Origin: Bacteriovoracia bacterium
GTDB taxonomy: Bacteria; Bdellovibrionota; Bacteriovoracia; Bacteriovoracales; Bacteriovoracaceae
DNA: 15,223 bases
Reading direction: 5' to 3'
NCBI GenBank assembly: GCA_046570105.1
Contig: JBKHVI010000059.1
Location: 1-15,223 of the forward strand
Shown in pieces: positions 7,942 through 15,070 of this stretch. Each line of letters begins with the position of its first letter. The stretch's first letter is position 1. The translations under genes and the position numbers were made by a program. A model generated the notes under the pieces. It ran no database searches. It was given only the letters and a program-made list of their open reading frames with translations, and was not told the origin of the DNA.

Positions 7942-7959
7942 TCTTAACACCCTTAAGAC
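7941..7959. promoter_or_regulatory. Perfect 7-bp inverted repeat abutting the sigma54 -24 box (candidate operator)
   Basis: GTCTTAA-CACCC-TTAAGAC. Confidence 0.35.
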
Positions 7960-7991
7960 CAGCGCAAGGCAATGATTTCCCATGAGGGTGG

Positions 7992-8028
7992 TGTCAAAGG
8001 ATTAGGCAGGGGCGCTAACAGGGTGACA
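7992..8028. promoter_or_regulatory. Candidate enhancer (UAS) for a sigma54 activator
   Basis: Tandem imperfect dyads TGTCAAAGGATTAGGCA and GGCGCTAACAGGGTGACA, with outer half-sites TGTCA and TGACA. They lie about 80-115 bp upstream of the predicted sigma54 start, a typical enhancer distance. Confidence 0.3.
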
Positions 8029-8034
8029 AAAGAG

Positions 8035-8055
8035 GACTGCTGGCCGGTGCCAGTC
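8035..8055. repeat. GC-rich imperfect palindrome upstream of the HUH transposase (REP-like candidate)
   Basis: GACTGCTGGCCGGTGCCAGTC contains a CTGGC-CGGT-GCCAG stem and GACTG/CAGTC ends. GTGCCAGTC recurs at 7935-7943. Confidence 0.3.
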
Positions 8056-8144
8056 GGGTTATAAACAAATGGTGTTTCTCTTCTGAAAGATCTCTTTCTC
8101 TCTTAGATCATTCGCTTCTGTATCTCCTTCACTGCGTTTTACAT

Positions 8145-8792
8145 ATGCCTCAATCAATCGGAGGCATGATGGCAAAACAACTCAATCTCAATATTTATAA
8201 AGGATCGCGTGGTGGCAGAAGACCTGGTGCTGGTCGCAAACGAATTCATTCCAAAGGCGTCGCCCACCGAGAGCGCGAGAAAGTTCAAATGCGACACGGC
8301 CTGCATGTGAATTTTAAATACCGCACTTCTATTCGTCATAAGAAAGGACTGAGTCTTTTGAAAAGGGCGATTCTCAATTCCCGTAAGATGGGCCTGAGAG
8401 TGATTCACTTCTCGCTGCAAAGTAATCATATTCATTTGATTTTAGAAGCGCAGGATAATGCCATCCTCACGAGAGGCATGCGCTCCCTCACGGTGACGAT
8501 CGCCAAAGGTTTGGATAAAGGACGCGTGCAGGTAGAGCGTTATCATTTGCATGTTCTTCGTTCCGTGCGTGAAACAAAGAATGCCGTTTATTATGTCCTC
8601 TTCAATGAGCAAAAGCACTCTGGATTGAAAAAGGCATATGTCGACGGGTACTCATCGTTGGGCGTGGTGCGAGATTTAAAGAAGTTGGCAAAAGGGAAGA
8701 GAGTAACAGTGATATTAAAAAGAATCAGCGAGGTGAGTTTTTTAGACTCACCTCACAGTTGGACTATGAAGCGTGTGAGTCTTTTGCTTTAA
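8145..8792 (+). CDS. HUH/Y1 single-strand transposase-family protein (RAYT/IS200-like), stand-alone; true start may be ATG 8166 or 8169
   Basis: LHVNFK first strand, HUH motif QSNHIHLILEA, ERYH, catalytic-Tyr helix AVYYVLFN and the DGYSS motif typical of RAYT-type Y1 proteins. Basic N-terminal tail RGGRRPGAGRK. GGAGG at 8160-8164. No tnpB and no clear element ends. Confidence 0.8.
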   Translation: MPQSIGGMMAKQLNLNIYKGSRGGRRPGAGRKRIHSKGVAHREREKVQMRHGLHVNFKYRTSIRHKKGLSLLKRAILNSRKMGLRVIHFSLQSNHIHLILEAQDNAILTRGMRSLTVTIAKGLDKGRVQVERYHLHVLRSVRETKNAVYYVLFNEQKHSGLKKAYVDGYSSLGVVRDLKKLAKGKRVTVILKRISEVSFLDSPHSWTMKRVSLLL

Positions 8793-10002
8793 GCACTTTC
8801 TGTAAAATCAACGCTACCACGAGTCCCAAGATCACTCCTTTCAACAGATCAAGCATCACCACACCAAGGATAGTGGTGACGAAGGGAATGAAATCTAAGA
8901 GACCGTGCTTAAAAGACTGAATGAACTTTTGTGGGGCCGCGAGATTATACCCAGTGAAAACCAGTATCGCACCCAGCACGGCGAGTGGAATCATATCCAT
9001 CAATTCAGGCACGAGCAGCAGACCGATCAAAAGAATTGTGCCGTGAAAAACTGTCGACCACTTTGACGCTGCTCCTGCTTCGAGGTTCGCTGAAGTGCGC
9101 ACTATCACCGACGTTACCGGCAATCCACCCATCAGACCTGAAGATAAATTACCAATTCCTTGCGCCAAGAGTTCACGATCTTTATTGGTTCCTCGCTGGA
9201 AGGGATCCATTTTAATTGAGGCTTCAATACAAAGAAGCGTTTCGATACTCGCCACAATCGCCAGCACGACGGCGTGTTTAAGAATGAGAGGAGAGAACCA
9301 AGTGGCATCACGCAGTCCTTGGAAGTGATCGGCAAAGCTGAGACTTTTTAGAGCTCCTGCCACTTGCACGAAGTCACGTGAGAGCAGAGCAAAATCAGTT
9401 TGCATAATGAAGCGAGCGATGAGGGCCGACAGAACGACCAGCACCAATGGAAAAGGAATGAGTTTAAAGACGCGCCAAGATTTAATAGTGGTGACACGAA
9501 AAATAATAAAGGCGAATAAACAGCCAAGGCCTATGGCGAGTGCTCCCATGCTAGAGCCGACACTTTGACCACTCAAAAGGGTTTGCACTTCGGGGTAGTT
9601 AGTGACGCCTAAGAGCAGTGGAATTTGTTTGATGATAATAAGAATGCCAATGGAAGCGAGCATGCCTTCAATCACTGAGTGGGGAATGAGAGCGGTGAGT
9701 TTACCGAATTTTAATTGGCCGAAGATAACTTGCAAAACACCGGCAAGAATAATGGCCGGAGCAAAGGCGGCAAAGCCTCCGACTTCTTGAATGCCAAAAT
9801 AAATAATAACGGAGAGTCCAGCAGCGGGGCCTGAGACTGAGAGGGGAGAGTCACTGATGATCCCCACGACAATTCCACCAATAATTCCTGCGATAACTCC
9901 GGCCAACAGAGGCGCGCCGGAGGCCAGCGAGATGCCTAAGCACAGAGGAAGAGCGATGAGACTTACAATCAAACCGGATTTTAAATCTTGGGTATATTTC
10001 AT
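8764..10002 (-). CDS. SulP/SLC26-family anion (possibly bicarbonate) transporter, transmembrane domain only (no STAS)
   Basis: DLKSGLIVSLIALPLCLGISLASGAP, SVSGPAAGL, IPHSVIEGMLASIG, AIVASIETLL, RELLAQGIGN, GGLPVTSVIVRTSAN and IPLAVLGAIL. It ends about 12 aa after the last TM helix. ATG 10002 is preferred to TTG 10008 because of the -10 box position. Confidence 0.9.
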   Translation of the reverse strand: MKYTQDLKSGLIVSLIALPLCLGISLASGAPLLAGVIAGIIGGIVVGIISDSPLSVSGPAAGLSVIIYFGIQEVGGFAAFAPAIILAGVLQVIFGQLKFGKLTALIPHSVIEGMLASIGILIIIKQIPLLLGVTNYPEVQTLLSGQSVGSSMGALAIGLGCLFAFIIFRVTTIKSWRVFKLIPFPLVLVVLSALIARFIMQTDFALLSRDFVQVAGALKSLSFADHFQGLRDATWFSPLILKHAVVLAIVASIETLLCIEASIKMDPFQRGTNKDRELLAQGIGNLSSGLMGGLPVTSVIVRTSANLEAGAASKWSTVFHGTILLIGLLLVPELMDMIPLAVLGAILVFTGYNLAAPQKFIQSFKHGLLDFIPFVTTILGVVMLDLLKGVILGLVVALILQKVLKAKDSHAS

Positions 10003-10008
10003 TGGCAA

Positions 10009-10017
10009 ATCATAGCA
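10009..10017 (-). promoter_or_regulatory. Extended -10 promoter TGcTATGAT, 6 nt before the sulP ATG (leaderless candidate)
   Basis: Minus strand TGC-TATGAT-TTGCCA-ATG, with no Shine-Dalgarno. Confidence 0.55.
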
Positions 10018-10058
10018 TTTGCTCAGCGAGCGGCTAGCAGAAAAGAATGAAAATTAAT

Positions 10059-10676
10059 TCATTGGATGGTGAGGTGAAATTCACGCTGGATACGTTCACG
10101 TTCTTCCTCACTAAATGAGTTATTATCCATCGAGACATGCTTCAATTGCGGGAGCTTCGTTAAGGCGACGGGAAAGACAGTGAGCAGATTGCTATCGAGA
10201 TTGAGTCTTTTTAATTTCTTAAGATCGCTAAAACTAACGGGAAGAGCGGTCAGCTTATTTTGTGGCAAATAGATTTCTTCCAGTGTTGTGAGTTCGCCAA
10301 ATTCGAGGGGAAGCTCTTTGAGTTCACAGCCTTTAAGCGTTAAAAACTTCAAGGGAGCGCGCGTGCCACCAAGACTTAAGCGCAAGGGATGCAAAGGAGT
10401 CTCAAGCGCTTTGAGATTTTCCAGTTTAGGTAGTCGAAAGAGTTCTACCAGTGAACCTTTGAAAAGGGGTGCTCTGATTTGAAAAACCTTGAGCTCATTA
10501 AAAGCTGTTAGCGTATCGGGAAAATCAGTGAGAGCTGTGGCTTCGAGATAGAGTTCTTTGAGGTTGGGAAAATGGAAAAGCTCGAGCGGAAGTGAGCTCT
10601 CTTTAAGGGTAAGCTTAAGCGCTGTAACGGATTCACGCTCTTTAAGGGCACTTGCCAAATTCTTATGGAGTGTCAT
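10059..10676 (-). CDS. Leucine-rich repeat protein
   Basis: Repeated LxxLxLxxNxLxxLP units: LKFLTLKGCELKELP, LEEIYLPQNKLTALP, LKRLNLDSNLLTVFP and LKHVSMDNNSF. The start overlaps the serB stop by 14 bp. Confidence 0.88.
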   Translation of the reverse strand: MTLHKNLASALKERESVTALKLTLKESSLPLELFHFPNLKELYLEATALTDFPDTLTAFNELKVFQIRAPLFKGSLVELFRLPKLENLKALETPLHPLRLSLGGTRAPLKFLTLKGCELKELPLEFGELTTLEEIYLPQNKLTALPVSFSDLKKLKRLNLDSNLLTVFPVALTKLPQLKHVSMDNNSFSEEERERIQREFHLTIQ

Positions 10677-11850
10677 CCAAGTGACTCCCAGGGATACCTA
10701 AGAAATAGAGAATCGAAGTCATGGGGCCATGGCCCAACTGATGACGGGCCTCTTTGCGAACTTTTTCTTTGGCGTGAAAGGCAATGCCAAGGCCAGCTTT
10801 AGCGAGCATTGGCAGATCATTGGCGCCATCACCAATTGCTACCACTTGTTCCAAGTGAATACTTTCTTGTTGCGCGAGCAACTCTAAAATAAAGGCCTTC
10901 TTTTCAGCATTAACGATTTCACCTGTCACTCGTCCGGTGAGTTCATCACCGCTGAATTCAAGTTCATTGGCAAAGACGTAATCCATTCCGAGGCGTTGTT
11001 GTAGCTCTTCAGCAAAAAATTTAAAGCCACCTGAGACGATGGCGGTTTTATAGCCCAGACTTTTAACAGCACGAATGAACTGCTCTACGCCAGGATTTAA
11101 TTCCAGACGGTCATGGACTTTCTTTAAAACTTCGCGCTTGAGACCTTTTAAGAGGGCGACACGTTCACGCAGTGATTGATCAAAATTCATTTCACCATTC
11201 ATCGCCCGGGCGGTGATGGCCTTAACTTGATCGCCGACACCGGCTTCGACGGCTAACTCATCAATCACTTCTGCGTTGATGAGCGTTGAGTCCATATCAA
11301 AAACGATCAGACGTTTGTTGTGGCGAAAAACATTGTCGCGCATAAAAGCGATGTCGATGCCATGGCGATTAGAAACATTCATCAATTCTGTTTTAATCTT
11401 TTCCCATTTCACAGGGTGCACACTTTGGGCGGCAATTTCCATCGCCTTAAAAGTTCGTCCTGTCATGTTGTCGATGCGTTGAATGTTAATTTTATGTTGT
11501 GCCAGCGTTTCGGCCATATCGGCCATAAAAGCCGCGGTGATACCGGTAATACCCACACAACTTAAAATATATTTGTCACCGGTCGCACTGGCTTCAGGAA
11601 GGTTGTCGACAATTTCAAAATCGAGATCCATGCCTAGATGTTTGGCCTCGAACAAAAGATCTTTGAGCGTCGGGTGAGATTCATTTTCATCGATATCTAA
11701 AAGGATGCTGAGAGAAAGCAGACCGTGAGTCACTGCTTGCCCCATATCAAGGAGCTTGGCTTGGTTTTTCACCAAGGCCTTCATGAGACCAGAAGTAATA
11801 CCTGGCCTATCGGGACCTGTGACTGTGACAAGGACGAGCGAGCGATCCAT
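10663..11850 (-). CDS. serB: Phosphoserine phosphatase with N-terminal ACT domains
   Basis: ACT start VTVTGPDRPGIT. HAD motifs VFDMDSTLI, EVIDELA, ITARAMNGEMNF, IVSGGF, K and AIGDGANDLPML. Confidence 0.95.
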   Translation of the reverse strand: MDRSLVLVTVTGPDRPGITSGLMKALVKNQAKLLDMGQAVTHGLLSLSILLDIDENESHPTLKDLLFEAKHLGMDLDFEIVDNLPEASATGDKYILSCVGITGITAAFMADMAETLAQHKINIQRIDNMTGRTFKAMEIAAQSVHPVKWEKIKTELMNVSNRHGIDIAFMRDNVFRHNKRLIVFDMDSTLINAEVIDELAVEAGVGDQVKAITARAMNGEMNFDQSLRERVALLKGLKREVLKKVHDRLELNPGVEQFIRAVKSLGYKTAIVSGGFKFFAEELQQRLGMDYVFANELEFSGDELTGRVTGEIVNAEKKAFILELLAQQESIHLEQVVAIGDGANDLPMLAKAGLGIAFHAKEKVRKEARHQLGHGPMTSILYFLGIPGSHLDDTP

Positions 11851-11859
11851 GTTGCCTCA

Positions 11860-12489
11860 CTATTTCTTTTCGCGTTTTTTTTCTTCGCGCTTGTGCTTCA
11901 ACTGGCGAACCATATCAAATGAATAAGAAATCGCTGAACCAAGCGAGAGAAGACCTGCGATCCAAATACAAACGGTGCCAATTTTATCCCAAGGTAAACC
12001 TAGCCACTCATAACCGATCATCAGCATAGGAATGGCGGTCATTTGAAAACCGGTTTTCCATTTACCACTTTGGCTGACGGGAATACTGAAACCTTCACTC
12101 ATCGCTAAAAGTCTTAGCGAAGTAATATACATTTCACGTAGAACGAGAATGATGACGACGACGGCATGCACACGATTCATCGCTGCCAGCATGATAAGAC
12201 TGGAAACAACTAAGAATTTATCCGCCAGAGGATCTAGAAAAGATCCAAAAACCGTTACGATATTGCGACGTCGTGCAATCCAGCCATCGAGAAAATCAGT
12301 AATCGAAGCCAGCACAAAGGCCCAAGTCGCGAAGTGGGAAAGAACCCAAGTGGGAATAGTTCCGGTGCCGTGCTGAGGATGATCAACAAAGTAGAGCGAC
12401 ATCACCACCAACGGAATCAATAAGACTCGTAAAATAGTCAGGCGATTGGGGAGATTATCAATTTCAAGATCGTTTCCGTGTAGCGACAT
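11860..12489 (-). CDS. pgsA: CDP-diacylglycerol--glycerol-3-phosphate 3-phosphatidyltransferase
   Basis: NLPNRLTILR, the CDP-alcohol phosphotransferase motif TDFLDGWIARRRNIVTVFGSFLDPLADK, REMYITSLR and GKWKTGFQM. Confidence 0.93.
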   Translation of the reverse strand: MSLHGNDLEIDNLPNRLTILRVLLIPLVVMSLYFVDHPQHGTGTIPTWVLSHFATWAFVLASITDFLDGWIARRRNIVTVFGSFLDPLADKFLVVSSLIMLAAMNRVHAVVVIILVLREMYITSLRLLAMSEGFSIPVSQSGKWKTGFQMTAIPMLMIGYEWLGLPWDKIGTVCIWIAGLLSLGSAISYSFDMVRQLKHKREEKKREKK

Positions 12490-12495
12490 AGAGAG

Positions 12496-12524
12496 AGAAT
12501 ATCAGGGCCTAGGTTCTAGAGCAA
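12496..12524 (-). promoter_or_regulatory. sigma70 promoter of pgsA, leaderless candidate
   Basis: Minus strand TTGCTC(12524-12519)-N17-TATTCT(12501-12496) with an extended TGa, then 6 nt (CTCTCT) and ATG 12489. No Shine-Dalgarno. Confidence 0.65.
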
Positions 12525-12540
12525 AAGAAAGCTTTTTCCA

Positions 12541-12569
12541 CTGTACGGAATTTCAAGAGCGGATAGAAT
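12541..12569 (+). promoter_or_regulatory. Putative sigma70 promoter of the PilZ gene, divergent from pgsA
   Basis: CTGTAC-N17-TAGAAT, followed by an AAGGA RBS before ATG 12600. Confidence 0.4.
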
Positions 12570-12599
12570 GGAGACATCAATAAAGGAAAAGGATTTTCC

Positions 12600-13322
12600 A
12601 TGCCTACAGAGCGTCGCTTTAATTTAATCAAAACTGACTTCCAGCAACACGAAAAGCGAGTCTTTCCGCGTTTTCCGGTCTGCTATCTGACTTTCCGCCC
12701 TGATAAGGGCGAACGGGCCCACGAGATTAAAGATATTTCTCACACTGGTATGCAATTAGGTGTCACTGAAGGCAGTGGTGTTTATACCGAAGGCGAAGTG
12801 CTACAGGGAACAGTGCATTGGTTGGGAGATGAACTGGTCACTCACGGCAAAGTGATGTGGTCAACTAAAGGGCGCGTGGGGATTGAATTTATCAAGCGCG
12901 CTGAGTTAGCTCAGCACCTTGGAAAATTTCTCTCTGAAGACCGTCTCGTGGCAGCGTTAAAGCCGTTACACAAAATGGATTATGGCGCAGAACTTCCGGC
13001 GAAGCTTAAGTATTGGTTGCGCTCAGACGGTCCAGTCGAGCTTTTTGTATGGCAGCACCGTGATGGGGAGCTCGCGCAATTTCAGGTTCTTCTCTTGGAA
13101 AATTTCGTCGAGTGGGAAGACGGTCAAGGACTTAAAACTGGCCGCATCATGTCTAAACGAAACGTCGATACTCCGCTTTTAGATGAAGACGAGTTTGTTT
13201 TCCGTGTTGATGAAGGGTTAGACGATCTTAAATTGCAACGCGTACGCTCGCTGGTAGAAAAAATACCGACACATCTTTTGACCGAGGATGCCAAAGAGTT
13301 TCTCCTGCGCAAACTCAGCTGA
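12600..13322 (+). CDS. PilZ-domain (c-di-GMP-binding) protein with an unassigned C-terminal domain
   Basis: RxxxR (KRVFPRFP) and DxSxxG (DISHTG) signatures, and the barrel end GKVMW...VGIEF. I do not recognise the roughly 130-aa C-terminal region. Confidence 0.82.
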   Translation: MPTERRFNLIKTDFQQHEKRVFPRFPVCYLTFRPDKGERAHEIKDISHTGMQLGVTEGSGVYTEGEVLQGTVHWLGDELVTHGKVMWSTKGRVGIEFIKRAELAQHLGKFLSEDRLVAALKPLHKMDYGAELPAKLKYWLRSDGPVELFVWQHRDGELAQFQVLLLENFVEWEDGQGLKTGRIMSKRNVDTPLLDEDEFVFRVDEGLDDLKLQRVRSLVEKIPTHLLTEDAKEFLLRKLS

Positions 13323-13377
13323 CGAGTGATGAGCGTTTAAGTTAAACTGAACCAAATTATCTTTTTGGAGTCTCTCG

Positions 13378-14331
13378 ATGAATCGTAACCTTGCCTTGGA
13401 ATTTGTACGCGTAACTGAGATGGCGGCGATCGCTTCGGCCCGCTTAATGGGACGTGGTGATGAGAAGGCAGCCGATCAGGCAGCGGTCGATGCCATGCGA
13501 GCGATGCTTGATTCAGTCGATTGTGCTGCCACTGTCGTGATTGGTGAAGGTGAGCGTGATGAAGCTCCCATGCTCTACATCGGTGAAAAAGTCGGCACAG
13601 GGAATGGTCCAAAACTAGAAATCGCACTTGATCCTTTGGAAGGAACAACCATCTGTGCGGTGGGTGGTTATAACTCGATTTCTGTTATGGCGATTTCGGA
13701 AGCCGGTGGCATGCTGCACGCGCCAGATACTTATATGCAAAAAATTGCCGTGGGCCCAGATTGCAAAGGCGTGATTGATATTCGTGTCTCTCCAAAAGAG
13801 AACTTGAAGCGTATTGCTGATGCAAAAAAATGTCGTATTCAAGATTTGACTGCGGTGGTGCTTGATCGCCCACGCCACAAAGATCTGATTGAAGAAATTC
13901 GTGCCGCTGGTGCACGTATTCAGTTGATTGGTGATGGAGATGTTTCTTCAGCGATTGCCACTGCCACTCCTGATTCAGGTGTGGATGTATTGTTTGGTAT
14001 CGGTGGCGCTCCTGAAGGTGTGATTGCTGCTGCGGCCTTGCAATGTATGGGAGGCGACTTCCAAGGCATCTTGAAGCCACGCAATCCTGAAGAGATTGTC
14101 CGTGCTAAAAAAATGGGCATTGAAGATATCAACCGTGTATTTAAAATTGATGATCTCGCTCGCGGCCATGTCATGTTCTGTGCGACAGGCGTGACCGATG
14201 GTAATTTCTTGGATGGCGTGGTGTTTAAGCCTTGGGGCGCACTGACTCACTCGTTGGTGATGCGTTCTGAATCAGGCACCATTCGCCATATTCGTGCTGA
14301 ACACCACTTCGATAAAAAACCTCGCTACTAA
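13378..14331 (+). CDS. glpX: Class II fructose-1,6-bisphosphatase
   Basis: MNRNLALEFVRVTE, ADQAAVDAMR, VVIGEGERDEAPMLYIGE, DPLEGT, APDTYMQK, LDRPRH, DGDV, GIGGAPEGV, ATGVTDG and SLVMRSESGTIR. RBS GGAG. Confidence 0.97.
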   Translation: MNRNLALEFVRVTEMAAIASARLMGRGDEKAADQAAVDAMRAMLDSVDCAATVVIGEGERDEAPMLYIGEKVGTGNGPKLEIALDPLEGTTICAVGGYNSISVMAISEAGGMLHAPDTYMQKIAVGPDCKGVIDIRVSPKENLKRIADAKKCRIQDLTAVVLDRPRHKDLIEEIRAAGARIQLIGDGDVSSAIATATPDSGVDVLFGIGGAPEGVIAAAALQCMGGDFQGILKPRNPEEIVRAKKMGIEDINRVFKIDDLARGHVMFCATGVTDGNFLDGVVFKPWGALTHSLVMRSESGTIRHIRAEHHFDKKPRY

Positions 14332-14341
14332 GGAAGGATAT

Positions 14342-14773
14342 ATGGCCAAAGCTGAACGCACAGAAGTTTTTGATGTTCCTTGTGATAAATTCTATAAGGC
14401 TATCACAGACTATAAGAGCTATCCCAGTTTCGTTGATGGGATGAAGTCGGTCGAGATCGTCACTGGTACTGCGGAAAACGCTACCGTGAAATTTAATCTC
14501 TCACTGATCAAAGAAGTGACCTACACGCTCAAGCTTACCGGTACTCCGAATCAGTCAGTTAGCTGGTCATTGGTTTCAGGTGATTTGATGAAAGTAAATA
14601 ACGGTGGCTGGAAACTCAAAGATTTGGGCAATGGTAAAACCGAAGTGACATACAGCTTGGAAGTTGAACTCAAAGGCTTCTTCCCAGGACTTGGTATGGT
14701 TGAGAAAACGATGGTGTCGACGAATCTTCCGATGAACATGAAGGCGTTTGCTAAGCGGGCCGCCTCTCTCTAA
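14342..14773 (+). CDS. SRPBCC/START-fold protein (RatA/Coq10/polyketide-cyclase-like)
   Basis: ITDYKSYPSFVDGMK, YTLK, VSWSLVSGDLMKVNNGGWKL and TEVTYSLEV. Start moved from GTG 14294 to ATG 14342, which follows AAGGAAGGA and avoids overlap with glpX. Confidence 0.85.
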   Translation: MAKAERTEVFDVPCDKFYKAITDYKSYPSFVDGMKSVEIVTGTAENATVKFNLSLIKEVTYTLKLTGTPNQSVSWSLVSGDLMKVNNGGWKLKDLGNGKTEVTYSLEVELKGFFPGLGMVEKTMVSTNLPMNMKAFAKRAASL

Positions 14774-14782
14774 GGAGCTCCT

Positions 14783-15070
14783 ATGTCAGAGAAAGATGGC
14801 AAAGGTAAGTTGGGCGATATTTTAAAGTCCGTCGTCTCAACGGGAGTCTCAGCGGCTTCCATGGGCGAGGAAGCGGTCAAAGGCATTATGGAAAATGCCA
14901 AGAACGCGAAAACGGAACTCATTGGCCAGGCCAAGAATGAGTTAAAGAGCTGGTTAGATAAAATTGATCTTTCTAAAGAAATTGATCGCGTGCTTGAGGA
15001 CTATGATTTAGAAGTGAATGCGAAAGTATCCTTCAAAAAAAAGAAGTCCAAGAAAGATGAAACGACCTGA
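14783..15070 (+). CDS. Hypothetical protein (helical, Lys-rich tail; weakly phasin-like)
   Basis: Strong TAAGGAG RBS and operonic spacing between the SRPBCC gene and yggS. No diagnostic motif. Confidence 0.75.
   Translation: MSEKDGKGKLGDILKSVVSTGVSAASMGEEAVKGIMENAKNAKTELIGQAKNELKSWLDKIDLSKEIDRVLEDYDLEVNAKVSFKKKKSKKDETT

Noticed and set aside
7757..7975. 72-aa plus-strand ORF across the pilin start and promoter
   Set aside because: It is antisense to the pilin, runs through regulatory DNA and has no protein signature.
8037..8053. Second TGGCAC on the minus strand as another sigma54 promoter
   Set aside because: There is no TTGC/TTGA at the GG-N10 position; it is better explained as a hairpin arm.
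8856..8879. TCACCAC-N10-GTGGTGA dyad as the right-end hairpin of an IS200-like element
   Set aside because: It lies in SulP transmembrane coding sequence, does not resemble the upstream hairpin, and a 7-bp stem can arise by chance.
10003..10008. TTG start for sulP given by the ORF track
   Set aside because: It directly abuts the -10 hexamer and would not be transcribed from that promoter; ATG 10002 fits better.
14294..14341. GTG-start extension of the SRPBCC gene
   Set aside because: It overlaps glpX, and a strong RBS precedes ATG 14342.
13124..14739. Multiple minus-strand ORFs opposite the PilZ, glpX and SRPBCC genes
   Set aside because: They are antisense shadows of well-supported genes.
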